Notes: a model not told the origin generated them from the sequence alone. A DNA stretch of 32,000 nt from Candidatus Saccharimonadota bacterium (GCA_000503915.1 CP006915.1:600001-632000), one strand, 5' to 3'. Positions 1-8,515 are shown, counted from the stretch's first letter. A program made the numbers and translations.

Positions 1-2
1 TG

Positions 3-236
3 AAGTCCGTCGAGCTGGCGGCCAAGACAGATGTCAAGCGTGCTGAGCGGATTGACGTGGCTCATGGCTTCGTCTACGGTGCGGAACTTTTCGTGATGCT
101 GGTTGTTATGACCTGGCAGGCGTTTGAGTTCTGGCCTTGGATTGTTGCTGGCTATGTCGTCCTCGCGTGTCCTCTTCTTTGGGCAAAGCGTGATCGCATC
201 ACGTCGCGTCCCGAGGTGGACTACGGCGGCCATTAA
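3..236 (+). CDS. C-terminal fragment of a membrane protein (5' end lies outside the window)
   Basis: Frame 3 is open from the window edge to TAA at 234-236. It reads ...AHGFVYGAELFVMLVVMTWQAFEFWPWIVAGYVVLACPLLWAKRDRITSRPEVDYGGH*, with hydrophobic helices, and is followed by a terminator-like hairpin. It is absent from the ORF track because its start is upstream of the window. Confidence 0.4.
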   Translation, partial: KSVELAAKTDVKRAERIDVAHGFVYGAELFVMLVVMTWQAFEFWPWIVAGYVVLACPLLWAKRDRITSRPEVDYGGH

Positions 237-246
237 AGCCGTCTAC

Positions 247-306
247 GCCGCCCCTGAGTACTCACCGCAGCAAGCGGCGAGGAAAACGGGCGGCTTTGCC
301 TTGTTT
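247..306 (+). terminator. Terminator-like compound hairpin with a T-rich tail
   Basis: GCCGCCC (247-253) pairs with GGGCGGC (288-294). An inner stem CTCACCGC/GCGGCGAG has 7 of 8 pairs. TTTGCCTTGTTT follows. Confidence 0.45.
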
Positions 307-329
307 GGTGCTACGCTATCTGTTATAGT
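301..329 (+). promoter_or_regulatory. Sigma70-like promoter for cmk (TTGTTT, 17-nt spacer, TGtTATAGT)
   Basis: -35 TTGTTT at 301-306, 17-nt spacer, extended -10 TGtTATAGT at 321-329. The -10 ends 8 nt before the GTG at 338, which implies a leaderless or near-leaderless mRNA. Confidence 0.5.
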
Positions 330-337
330 CTAGCGAA

Positions 338-1168
338 GTGACACGTGAGATCAAGAAACCTATCCTCATCACGTTTGATGGTGAGGCGCGTACTGGCAAG
401 GGCACAATTGTTCAGGCTACCAAGGATTTTTTACGTGATGAACTCGGCTACAAAGTGATGCTGATCGACCGCGGACAGACATTTCGCGTTTTAGTTGTGG
501 CGGCGACCCGTGCCGGGGCCAATCTTGATGATCCAACGGCCATTGATGCTTTTCTTGAGGACAAGCAGAATGTCGCTGCCTGCGTACAGTTTGTCAAAGA
601 TGTTTATCATATGGAAAAGTCGGAACGAGACAACCTGCTCTATACCAATCAAGTCGGAGAGAGTAGCGCTAAAGTGGGTGCGAGGCCAGCAAGTCAGAAA
701 TTTGTGGCAAATCTCACCAAAAAGTGGCTCCACGATGCTGGCATCGAAGATTTCGAGGTAGTGCTCGTTGATGGACGGGCGCTCGAAAACATTGCTCAGG
801 AAATGGAAGCCGAAGGCTTGTGTGACTACCGCGCAGGTCTTTATTTTATCTGTGAGGAATATATTGGTGCACGCCGTACCTTAGGCTACGCGGCTACAAA
901 GTATGAAGATTTATCACCTAGTCAACGAGTGGAAGTCGAGGATCTCGTTGCACAAATCAAGGCACGCAATCAACGTGACTTTGAGCGAGACGTCGAGCCG
1001 CTTATACGACCAAATGCACCGACTATTGTTTTACCAAGCGCCATTGACCCCGAAATTATTCAGCAGCCGAGTGGTCGCTACGTAGCAATCATTGATACAA
1101 GTGCTGACATGACGAAGAGAGTAATGTGTGCGCCAGTACTCAAACTTATGCGTGCGGTCTTCTCTTAG
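338..1168 (+). CDS. cmk: Cytidylate kinase
   Basis: P-loop ITFDGEARTGKGT near the N-terminus, VDGRALEN, and a late R-N-Q-RD-ERD...PL motif, all typical of the Cmk family. GTG start. Confidence 0.8.
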   Translation: MTREIKKPILITFDGEARTGKGTIVQATKDFLRDELGYKVMLIDRGQTFRVLVVAATRAGANLDDPTAIDAFLEDKQNVAACVQFVKDVYHMEKSERDNLLYTNQVGESSAKVGARPASQKFVANLTKKWLHDAGIEDFEVVLVDGRALENIAQEMEAEGLCDYRAGLYFICEEYIGARRTLGYAATKYEDLSPSQRVEVEDLVAQIKARNQRDFERDVEPLIRPNAPTIVLPSAIDPEIIQQPSGRYVAIIDTSADMTKRVMCAPVLKLMRAVFS

Positions 1169-1244
1169 ATTGACTTTTGTTTATAAAAGTATTATAATAT
1201 AATTATGGCTTTCCCTTTGACTTTTCGAAAGGAGGTGAAAAGCT

Positions 1245-1530
1245 ATGTTCCTCGTTTTGACAGCAATACTGTTCGTCCTTATGACGATTGCTACTTACGC
1301 GGTGGCATACAGGCTCGCCAATCCTCAAGCGGAAGTTTCTTACTCCAAGCTGGTGGGAGGGCTCGCCGGTATGAGTGGACTGCCGTTTTTGAGCGGCGCT
1401 ACCTACTCTGCCTACCGGGCAGGTGGGCGAAGGATTGTCGGTCGCAGTACTCATGGTGGGAATAGTGACGATGGCCATTGCCTCCGTGAGGGGCGAATTG
1501 CAAGGCCTCGAGCAGCCGACCATCACGTAG
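1245..1530 (+). CDS. Small two-TM membrane protein, apparently frameshifted (frame of ATG 1245 joined to the +1 frame ending at 1530)
   Basis: AAGGAGGTG (1229-1237) lies 7 nt upstream of ATG 1245, and the N-terminus has a TM helix, FLVLTAILFVLMTIATYAVAY. The ATG frame runs through the terminator into the convergent gene (track ORF 1245-1634). The +1 frame from 1393 encodes a second TM helix (GLSVAVLMVGIVTMAIASV) and stops at 1528-1530, 17 nt before the terminator stem. Confidence 0.4.
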
Positions 1531-1547
1531 TACCTGAAGCGAGGAAC

Positions 1548-1583
1548 GGCCTCGGACTAGTGTCCGAGGCCTGTTTCTTCTTT
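1548..1583 (+). terminator. Rho-independent terminator
   Basis: Perfect 10-bp stem GGCCTCGGAC (1548-1557) / GTCCGAGGCC (1562-1571), loop TAGT, then TGTTTCTTCTTT. Confidence 0.7.
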
Positions 1584-2655
1584 AGAGCTTCTTTACAGCT
1601 TCGAGTAGGATCTCAGCGGATTGATCCCAGCTAAATTTATTGATATAGCTCTGGCCGTTAGCGACGATTTTTTCACGCGTTTCTTTATCGTCAAGTTTTT
1701 TTACCTTATCGGCAAAATCTTTCGGATTACCTACCTTGAAGTAGAGCGCACCACTGCCGGCGACTTCACGCAGGATTGGCAGGTCGGTAATGACGGCCGG
1801 TACGCCAAACTTCAAACCTTCGGCCACTGGCAGGCCGTAGCCTTCATCGCGGGTGGCGGTGACGAGGAGGGCGTCGTCGGCCAGTAAGGCCGCATATTCT
1901 TCGTCGCTTACGCCATTGTGAAACAGTACGTTAGTACCTTTCGGAATCAGTGCAGTCAGCTCCTGGCGGCGTTTCGTGGAAATCGGGCTGAGGATATGCA
2001 ACGTTCGCCCGTCTAGCCACTCCATGCCGGCGATTAGCGTCTCGACATCTTTGTAGCCACGAGGCACGCCCATGAAAACGAGATTCTTTGGCGGGTTTTT
2101 TTTCTGCACAACTTTTTTCGGATAAAACTCATGCAAGTCGCGCGGCGCGTTCGGAACGACAATAATTGGCTTCTTGGTAAGCCGAGCTGTCTCGATATCA
2201 ATCTTGCTAGTCTCGCTGACCGTCATGATTAGGTCGGCGGCATTGAGCGTGATACGCTGCGGCGTATAGCTAGAGTGGTACAGGCGCCAGCCGAGCCGAA
2301 TCAGCCAGCTGAGATTTGACGGCGGTGTCGGATGGCGATAGTAGATCATGTCATGGAGCGTTAGGACAAGCTTGTATTTGCGGCCAGTGGAACCGATCGT
2401 CTGCATCGGTGATACCACAACGTCGGGTTTATGCTTATTTAAAAAGCGCGCCGTCAGCGGCTCTTTGGGTGACGTCGGCGCGTGGATAATCAGAAAGTGA
2501 GAATTGTCAGGCAGAAACGGAATCTGGGCCTTATCGTGGATGAGATACGTCACGCTGACGAGCTTGCCGAGCGCACAGCCAAGCTCCGCGCTGTAGCGAC
2601 TGACGCCATCATGGTAATCTGTCCGGATATAACGGGCATCAAAAAATAATTTCAT
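1582..2655 (-). CDS. Glycosyltransferase, GT4 family (GT-B fold)
   Basis: C-terminal EGYGLPVAEGLKFGVPAVITD (E-x7-E type motif) and overall GT4 architecture. Extended -10 TGaTAGAAT (2674-2666) lies 10 nt upstream of the ATG. Confidence 0.85.
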   Translation of the reverse strand: MKLFFDARYIRTDYHDGVSRYSAELGCALGKLVSVTYLIHDKAQIPFLPDNSHFLIIHAPTSPKEPLTARFLNKHKPDVVVSPMQTIGSTGRKYKLVLTLHDMIYYRHPTPPSNLSWLIRLGWRLYHSSYTPQRITLNAADLIMTVSETSKIDIETARLTKKPIIVVPNAPRDLHEFYPKKVVQKKNPPKNLVFMGVPRGYKDVETLIAGMEWLDGRTLHILSPISTKRRQELTALIPKGTNVLFHNGVSDEEYAALLADDALLVTATRDEGYGLPVAEGLKFGVPAVITDLPILREVAGSGALYFKVGNPKDFADKVKKLDDKETREKIVANGQSYINKFSWDQSAEILLEAVKKL

Positions 2656-2721
2656 GACTGACTTTATTCTATCACGAACCTAAGGCTTGCCGAATCCACT
2701 CGTGGTACAATAGTTAGTAAT

Positions 2722-3924
2722 ATGAAAATTCTTATCGCGGCCGATCTGCACTGGCCCACGATAAACGGTGTCGCGACCTTTAGCCGCAACTTGGCGAAGG
2801 GTCTAGCTGACCGCGGGCATGAAGTGATCGTGATTGCGCCGAGCCAGACCGGTGGCTCGTATGAGGAGTGGGACGGCAATTATCTTATTAAGCGTACGAT
2901 GTCGGTGCCCTTCCCTTTTTACCAAAACTTCCGCATTTCGCTGACGCCGCAGCGGGAAATCAAAAAGATTTTTCAAGAGTTTCAACCCGACCTCGTACAT
3001 CTACAAATGTGCCTGACGATTGGCAATGTCGCGCAGCGTTACGCGCTCAAATACGGTATCCCGATCGTGGCGACCAACCACGCCATTCCCGATAACTTGC
3101 TCGATAACCTGCGCTATTTAGCGCCAATGTCACGACCAATCAGCTACGTAATCACCGAGTATGGCGTACGCTTTCACGCTAAAGTTGATTACGTGACACT
3201 ACCGACCCAGTCGGCGATCGAAATGTTTGGCGAAGAGCGCATCGTGGTGCCAGTCGAGGCGGTCTCAAACGGCATCGATTTGAGCAAATTTACCCCAACA
3301 AAGCCGACGGATGCGATTTATGAGAAGTTTAAAATACCAAGAGACAAACGTATTCTCGCCTATGTCGGCCGCACCGATGCCGAAAAACACATCCCGGTTT
3401 TGGTTGAAGCCTACAAGATTGCACGCGAAAGCTTAAAGACGCCGTCGCATTTGCTAATTGTTGGCGCGGGTACTGACCTCGAGCGACTGAAAAATATCGT
3501 CTATGAAAATGACCTGCATGATCATGTTACTTTCACGGGCCGAGTCAGCGACGAAGAAATCGTTGAGCTGCACAAAGTCGGTGATGTCTTTGCGATGCCG
3601 TCGCCAGCCGAATTGCAATGTATTGCGATGCTCGAAGCCATGGCCAGCGGCAAGCCAGTCATTGCCGTTGATGCTGGCCCACTTAAAGAGCTCTGCCAGC
3701 CTGAGCGCAACGGCCTACTGTCTGAAAAGGATAACCCGGCCGATATGGCAAAAAATATCGTCACACTGCTCGACGACCCGGCGAAGCGAAAGGCCTACAG
3801 TAAAGAAAGTCTGGCGATCGCCAAGACACACGATCTACAGCACACCATCGATAAATTTGAAGAAATTTACCAGACGGTTATGAAGCTGCCAAAAACTCGT
3901 CGATTACCGCAGCCGCTTCTGTAG
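2722..3924 (+). CDS. Glycosyltransferase, GT4 family
   Basis: N-terminal MKILIAADLHWPTINGVATFSRNLAKGLADRGHEV and C-terminal ELQCIAMLEAMASGKPVIAVDAGP motifs. Divergent from the other GT4 gene. Confidence 0.85.
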   Translation: MKILIAADLHWPTINGVATFSRNLAKGLADRGHEVIVIAPSQTGGSYEEWDGNYLIKRTMSVPFPFYQNFRISLTPQREIKKIFQEFQPDLVHLQMCLTIGNVAQRYALKYGIPIVATNHAIPDNLLDNLRYLAPMSRPISYVITEYGVRFHAKVDYVTLPTQSAIEMFGEERIVVPVEAVSNGIDLSKFTPTKPTDAIYEKFKIPRDKRILAYVGRTDAEKHIPVLVEAYKIARESLKTPSHLLIVGAGTDLERLKNIVYENDLHDHVTFTGRVSDEEIVELHKVGDVFAMPSPAELQCIAMLEAMASGKPVIAVDAGPLKELCQPERNGLLSEKDNPADMAKNIVTLLDDPAKRKAYSKESLAIAKTHDLQHTIDKFEEIYQTVMKLPKTRRLPQPLL

Positions 3925-4717
3925 CTTTTTCATAATGGACGAGATGACCGACATTTTTGATGACATGCAGTCTACCGTGTTCGATAGTATTGGCAAATGC
4001 TACTTGTGAATGAAGTGATGAGATCTGGTCCTTCTCGGCAGCAAGTACGAGCGTGGGCATGGTGAGTTTTTTGGCCGCGTCCATGGTGGTGTTTGATATC
4101 GAGGTGGCAAATGCCTCCGCGACCACTTTAGGCGAGGCAAAGGTACTAAAGTGCTGGCGGTGCTGGTCGAAGATGTAGCGGCGCAAGTTTTTATCCTTAC
4201 TAATCGTCATCGAGTGGCTCATGGCATCGACAATCAGCTTGGAAGCGAGTAGCTTCTGGGCTGAACGTTCAGGCAGCTGCTTGGCAGTCCAATAATAAAA
4301 CTGCGCCAGGCGAGTTCCTATAACTTTCGAACCTTTCAGCGCTGGTGCACTGATCGGATTGATCAGAACTAATTTCTCAACCATATCAGGATATGTGGCG
4401 GCTGTATGGCTGGCGACGATACTGCCAAACGAATGACCGACGAGAAAAACCTTGTCGTGTTTTTTAACGGCCACGATGAAGTCATGCACGGCATCGATAT
4501 AGTTTTCGAGCGAATGTATATTGTCTAGCGGATCGCTGTCGCCAAAACCGGGCAGGTCCGGCACGATACAGTAATAGTTCTTCTCGAGTTCGTGCACGAT
4601 TTTTTCAAAGCCGTGATGCGTGCCACGGAAACCATGTAAAAATACAGCCATTGGATGAAGAGGATTGCCATAGTGCCAGTAACGTACTGCTGCACCCTGG
4701 ATAGTAAGAGTGTTCAT
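3878..4717 (-). CDS. Alpha/beta-fold hydrolase
   Basis: HGFRGTHHGF oxyanion region, nucleophile elbow VGHSFGS, and a late GHLVH histidine region. Confidence 0.8.
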   Translation of the reverse strand: MNTLTIQGAAVRYWHYGNPLHPMAVFLHGFRGTHHGFEKIVHELEKNYYCIVPDLPGFGDSDPLDNIHSLENYIDAVHDFIVAVKKHDKVFLVGHSFGSIVASHTAATYPDMVEKLVLINPISAPALKGSKVIGTRLAQFYYWTAKQLPERSAQKLLASKLIVDAMSHSMTISKDKNLRRYIFDQHRQHFSTFASPKVVAEAFATSISNTTMDAAKKLTMPTLVLAAEKDQISSLHSQVAFANTIEHGRLHVIKNVGHLVHYEKATEAAAVIDEFLAAS

Positions 4718-4737
4718 GAACAGGTTTAGTATAACAA

Positions 4738-4976
4738 ATCGACGGCCCCCCGTTCCAGACCATGATCGAGGTGTAAGCTCAAATCATGCGGAACACGGGG
4801 GGCGACGGTGGGCTTCGGAGGGTCTTTGCAGGATAATCGTGATCAAAGATCATCCTTTCCCTAGCCTACCGCTACGGTAGTTCTGCTCAGCCATTGGGGC
4901 CAAGGCGCTGAGCGCATGGACAGAAGCACCGCATTTGAACCGCTTTCGCGGCATCTGAGACGGGCGTCGTCAGATT
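4738..4976 (-). ncRNA. Unassigned structured RNA: standalone sRNA or riboswitch-like leader of the hydrolase gene
   Basis: Six local hairpins in ~240 nt: 4745-4803, 4831-4855, 4866-4880, 4885-4913, 4940-4951 and 4954-4974. On the minus strand, 4940-4951 reads CCGC-GAAA-GCGG (GNRA loop), and the 4831-4855 mismatch becomes G-U. Upstream is TGcTATACT. The last hairpin has a GC-rich base and is followed by TTTGTT. Confidence 0.45.
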
Positions 4977-4982
4977 GCGATT

Positions 4983-4991
4983 AGTATAGCA
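4983..4991 (-). promoter_or_regulatory. Extended -10 promoter element (TGcTATACT) for the structured RNA
   Basis: The minus strand reads tattatgTGcTATACTaatcgca. Predicted start site is near 4976. Confidence 0.45.
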
Positions 4992-5044
4992 CATAATATT
5001 TCTATAAGAAAAGTACTCAGACTATTTGCTATACTTGAACAGAT

Positions 5045-6679
5045 ATGATCGCTGATATTTCTGTGACCGAAAAATCATTCGGCTCTAAGGTCTTAATGTT
5101 CGGGGTTAAGTTTTCAGTGGATGCCAAAGAAAAAGTCGGCGTGATTGGACGTAATGGCGTCGGTAAAAGTACGCTATTTACTATCTTGACCGGTAAAGAC
5201 ACCGATTTTACTGGTGAAGTCATCTACCGGCGCGGCACCGTCGTCGCCAGTACCGAGCAGGAGCATCATGCCATCGGCGATACGACGGTACTGCAGTATG
5301 TTCTCGCCGGGCTGCCCGAATACAGCGAATTGAGCGATGTCATCGAAACCTATCCGTCCCATATGGGTGACGACATGAAGAAGATCGAAGTCTATACCCA
5401 GGCGCTGGAGCGTTTTGATCAAAAAGGCTTTTATCGGATTGAGGAAGCAATCGAGCGTGAGCTCGAGGCGTTTCAGCTGCCGGGCGTGGCACATGCGCCC
5501 TTCGCTTCCCTGTCGGGTGGTCAGAAACGATTAGTAGAAGTAGTTAAGATTATGCACGCTAAGGCAGATCTCGCCTTGCTCGACGAACCGACGAACCATA
5601 TGGACTACGTGGCGAAAAAACAGTTTATTGACTGGATGAAGGGCACGCCTGAAGCAATGCTTGTCATTACCCACGACCGCGATGTTCTCAGGCATGTTGA
5701 TCGGATTATCGAACTCAAGGATGGCGGCAGTGTTAGCTACAAAGGAAATTACGATGCATATTTAAAACAAAATGCTGCCAGTACCGGCAGCGCGATGAAT
5801 GAGTTTGAACTGATCGAAAAGCGCATCACCAACCTCAAGCAAAAAGTGATCGACTATCAGCGGCTCAAAGAAAAAGCGCGAAACCCGGCGACAATCCAGA
5901 AGTTCAAGCGCCTCGAACAAACCTCTCGAACAGAGCTTGCCGAGTTGCAAACCAAAGAAAAGCCGACCTTTTGGATTGATAAAGAGTCAGTCGATACCCT
6001 GCACTACAAGACAGCGAATCAATATGAAAAGTTCAAAGCCAAAAATATCCGCATGAACATCAAGGGCGAGCAGTCGCGTAGCAAGCATGTCCTTGTCAAG
6101 GCGGAAGCTCTCAGCTTGGGCTACAATAGTCCCCTGTTTGACGGGGTGAATATTGACCTGCGCGAAGGTGAAGCAGTCGAACTGCGCGGTCGTAATGGCA
6201 CGGGAAAGTCGACACTGATCAAGCGGCTACTCGGCGACGAATCAATCACGTTGTTTGGCGGCGAGCTTCAGCACGATCCGCAGGTGCGAATCGGTGTCTA
6301 CGAGCAGGAAGTTTCGCCGACCTATTTTACTCTTCCGCTCCACAATGCGATTGAACACCTGTATCTTGACCGTTCTCTGCCGATCAACGAGACAAAAATC
6401 CGCCAACTTATGAGCGAATATCTATTTACTGAGGGTGACGGCCAGGTACCGGTTAAGCGATTGTCGGGCGGACAGAAAGCCAGGCTACAGCTGATCGCTA
6501 TGTTGGCGAATGATCCGCAACTATTGATCCTTGACGAACCGACAAACCACCTTGATTTGCCGAGTATTGAGGAACTTGAGACGGCACTTGGTCGTTTCGG
6601 TGGTGCTATCTTGTATGTAAGTCACGATGATTATTTCCGCCGGGCAGTACCGGCGACAGTGGCGATGATCGGCGCTTAA
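5045..6679 (+). CDS. ABC-F family ATPase (two ABC domains, no transmembrane domain)
   Basis: Two Walker A sites (GRNGVGKST, GRNGTGKST), two signature motifs (LSGGQKRL, LSGGQKARL), and a charged inter-domain linker. TGcTATACT at 5027-5035 lies 9 nt upstream of the ATG. Confidence 0.9.
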   Translation: MIADISVTEKSFGSKVLMFGVKFSVDAKEKVGVIGRNGVGKSTLFTILTGKDTDFTGEVIYRRGTVVASTEQEHHAIGDTTVLQYVLAGLPEYSELSDVIETYPSHMGDDMKKIEVYTQALERFDQKGFYRIEEAIERELEAFQLPGVAHAPFASLSGGQKRLVEVVKIMHAKADLALLDEPTNHMDYVAKKQFIDWMKGTPEAMLVITHDRDVLRHVDRIIELKDGGSVSYKGNYDAYLKQNAASTGSAMNEFELIEKRITNLKQKVIDYQRLKEKARNPATIQKFKRLEQTSRTELAELQTKEKPTFWIDKESVDTLHYKTANQYEKFKAKNIRMNIKGEQSRSKHVLVKAEALSLGYNSPLFDGVNIDLREGEAVELRGRNGTGKSTLIKRLLGDESITLFGGELQHDPQVRIGVYEQEVSPTYFTLPLHNAIEHLYLDRSLPINETKIRQLMSEYLFTEGDGQVPVKRLSGGQKARLQLIAMLANDPQLLILDEPTNHLDLPSIEELETALGRFGGAILYVSHDDYFRRAVPATVAMIGA

Positions 6680-6682
6680 TTA

Positions 6683-6715
6683 AAAATACCGACATACACT
6701 GATGTCGATATTTTT
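6683..6715. terminator. Bidirectional terminator between convergent genes
   Basis: AAAATAcCGACAT-acactg-ATGTCGaTATTTT, with an A tract on one side and a T tract on the other. Confidence 0.7.
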
Positions 6716-6732
6716 CGCTATCTTCACGCTAG

Positions 6733-7008
6733 CTATACTGCTTGCGGAATAAGATCGTTCTTTTTCAGAGCATTCTGCAGCTTCATACGGTCGAAACCGA
6801 GAATGATCTCGCCACCTATGTCGGTGACGGGTACGCCCTGAAAGTTGCCGCCAAGCTTTTCCATCAGTTCTTTTTGGGCGCCAGCGTCTTCCTCAACATT
6901 CTTAGAAATGTACTTCACGCCGAGCTTGTCCATCCATTGCTTCTCAGTGTTACAAAAAGCACACCAGTTGGTGCTGTAAATCGTGACTGTTGGTGTTGTA
7001 TCGCTCAT
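6733..7008 (-). CDS. Glutaredoxin-like (NrdH/Grx) thioredoxin-fold protein
   Basis: VTIYSTNWCAFCNTEKQW contains a CxxC motif at the canonical position, and the ~90-aa size fits. GGGGA Shine-Dalgarno upstream. Confidence 0.8.
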   Translation of the reverse strand: MSDTTPTVTIYSTNWCAFCNTEKQWMDKLGVKYISKNVEEDAGAQKELMEKLGGNFQGVPVTDIGGEIILGFDRMKLQNALKKNDLIPQAV

Positions 7009-7129
7009 TGATCCCCTTTCTTGTAGGTCTCGTTACTATACATTATACACTAACCGTGAGTATAAACGAAATTATTTTCATACCTTTAATTGGCAATTTT
7101 GACAAAGGTTTGCTACACTATACAAGTAC

Positions 7130-7384
7130 ATGAGTGCGTCTGGTGATCACCCAAAAAGCACCCAGCAGCCGCCGACCCATTCGACGGTACTTTTATTGCT
7201 CGGCGACATCGCTGATACCACGTGGCGAATGTTTGTGCCGACGATAGGTTTCATCGGGCTTGGTTTTTGGGGAGACAGCACCTTCCGTGGTACGAAGCCG
7301 TGGCTGACTATCGCGGGAATCGTCGTCGGTATCACGGTCACAAGTCTGCTCATCGCAAGACAGCTCAAAAAGGTAAAACAATGA
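7130..7384 (+). CDS. AtpZ/AtpI-like small membrane protein of the ATP synthase operon
   Basis: Two TM helices, with WGDSTFRGTKPWLTIAGIVVGITVTSLLIARQL resembling the ATPase_gene1 family. First gene of the atp operon. Its stop overlaps the atpB start (ATGA). Confidence 0.7.
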   Translation: MSASGDHPKSTQQPPTHSTVLLLLGDIADTTWRMFVPTIGFIGLGFWGDSTFRGTKPWLTIAGIVVGITVTSLLIARQLKKVKQ

Positions 7385-8190
7385 TAGATACATTCGCAGC
7401 CATCGAAATCCATCTCGCCTCCCAGGCAATCTTTGAGCTTGGCGGTTTTCCGATTACTAATTCAGTACTGACGGGTCTGGCCGGACTCGTCATTATGCTG
7501 GCGCTATTTGGCTACGTGGTGACGAAAGTAAAGCGCGGCCAGTACAACCGTTTTGTCGGCCTGATGCAATGGACTTTCGAGGGCATGTTGTCACAGGTTG
7601 AGAGCGTGATCCCAGACAAAAAGCTTGCCCGTGAAGTTGCTCCGCTGGCGCTAACGATTTTCTTCTTCGTGCTCGTCTCCTACTGGATGAGTATCTTGCC
7701 GGGACTCGACTCAATCAAGGTGGGTGACGCGCCGATTCTTCGTAGCATCGCCGCTGACCTCAACTTTACTTTTGCTATGGCGATCGTGGTGCTCATTACC
7801 GTGCAGATTTTTGCCTGGAAAACGCACGGTCCGATTGGTAATGCCAAGCGCTACCTTCGTAACCCACTGAAAGATCCGATTGGTTCATTCGAAGGCATAC
7901 TTGAGTTTATCGGTGAAATATCGCGCTACACTGCTCTCAGTTTGCGTCTGTTTGGCAACTGTTTCGCTGGTGAAATCTTGCTACTGATCATCGCCGTACT
8001 GACGAGCTATCTGTCGATCGGTCTGCTGCCGGTTTTTATGGCCTTCGAACTATTCATCGGCTTTATTCAGGCCTACGTCTTCTTTATCCTGACCGTTATC
8101 TTCACCAGCCTAGCCGTCGAGTCACACGGCGATTCACATGATCATTCTCCTGCTGATAATAACCACATCAAAGAGGAGGTGTCAGCGTAG
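7381..8190 (+). CDS. atpB: F0F1 ATP synthase subunit a
   Basis: Polytopic membrane protein with LSLRLFGNCFAGE (the conserved Arg region of subunit a). Start placed at ATG 7381, coupled to the upstream stop, rather than at the track start 7222. Confidence 0.9.
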   Translation: MIDTFAAIEIHLASQAIFELGGFPITNSVLTGLAGLVIMLALFGYVVTKVKRGQYNRFVGLMQWTFEGMLSQVESVIPDKKLAREVAPLALTIFFFVLVSYWMSILPGLDSIKVGDAPILRSIAADLNFTFAMAIVVLITVQIFAWKTHGPIGNAKRYLRNPLKDPIGSFEGILEFIGEISRYTALSLRLFGNCFAGEILLLIIAVLTSYLSIGLLPVFMAFELFIGFIQAYVFFILTVIFTSLAVESHGDSHDHSPADNNHIKEEVSA

Positions 8191-8284
8191 TTTATTGGTG
8201 GCCAAAACGATGAACTACGTTGATACCTCTGGTGTATCGGCAGGAATGATATAATTATAAGTAATAAATAAGGAGTTATAACAA

Positions 8285-8497
8285 ATGGACGCACTTGCAT
8301 TCGGTCTGACATACGGACTTCCAGCACTTGGCGCAGCAATGGGTATTGGCTTTATTGGCATGGGAGCATTGAATGCTTTCGGTCGCAATCCAGAGCAGCT
8401 TGGTAACATCCGTACGCTGATGATTACCGCTATCGTCTTTGCCGACTCGCTAGCGATTATCGGTATCGTTGTCGCTATCATCGCGAAGTTTATCTAG
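8285..8497 (+). CDS. atpE: F0F1 ATP synthase subunit c
   Basis: 70-aa hairpin proteolipid with an RNPEQ loop. The helix-2 carboxylate occurs as Asp (FADSLAI). AAGGAG Shine-Dalgarno. Confidence 0.9.
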   Translation: MDALAFGLTYGLPALGAAMGIGFIGMGALNAFGRNPEQLGNIRTLMITAIVFADSLAIIGIVVAIIAKFI

Positions 8498-8515
8498 AGG
8501 TAGTAGGCGCATATA

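Noticed and set aside
124-333. Track ORF of 69 aa (TTG start).
   Set aside because: Low-complexity product. It overlaps a better membrane-protein frame ending at 236, and it runs across the terminator-like hairpin and the cmk promoter.
1203-1526. Track ORFs 1205-1465 (+) and 1203-1526 (-).
   Set aside because: Neither has start signals or protein-like composition. They are shadows of the SD-led ORF at 1245.
4738-4976. Assignment of the structured RNA to RNase P RNA, SRP RNA, 6S RNA, tmRNA, a TPP riboswitch (CTGAGA on the plus strand) or a cobalamin riboswitch. For cobalamin, the minus strand reads UAGGGAAAG and CCUCCGAAGCCCACC, which from memory resemble the GGGAA and B12-box strings.
   Set aside because: The universal motifs are absent or in the wrong order: GAGGAAAGUCC and ACAGAA..GGCUUA for RNase P, GGAAGCAGC for SRP, and an acceptor plus tag frame for tmRNA. 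The TPP elements are in the wrong order and strand. For cobalamin, the ACUGU and GCCACUG elements and the P5/P6 arms are missing, and the downstream gene is not B12-related. Only a covariance-model scan (RF00174 and related models) can settle this.
7222-7380. N-terminal 53-aa extension of atpB in the track ORF.
   Set aside because: It lies in an alternative frame of the atpZ-like gene and is Arg/His-rich, not membrane-like. ATG 7381, coupled by ATGA, gives a normal subunit a.
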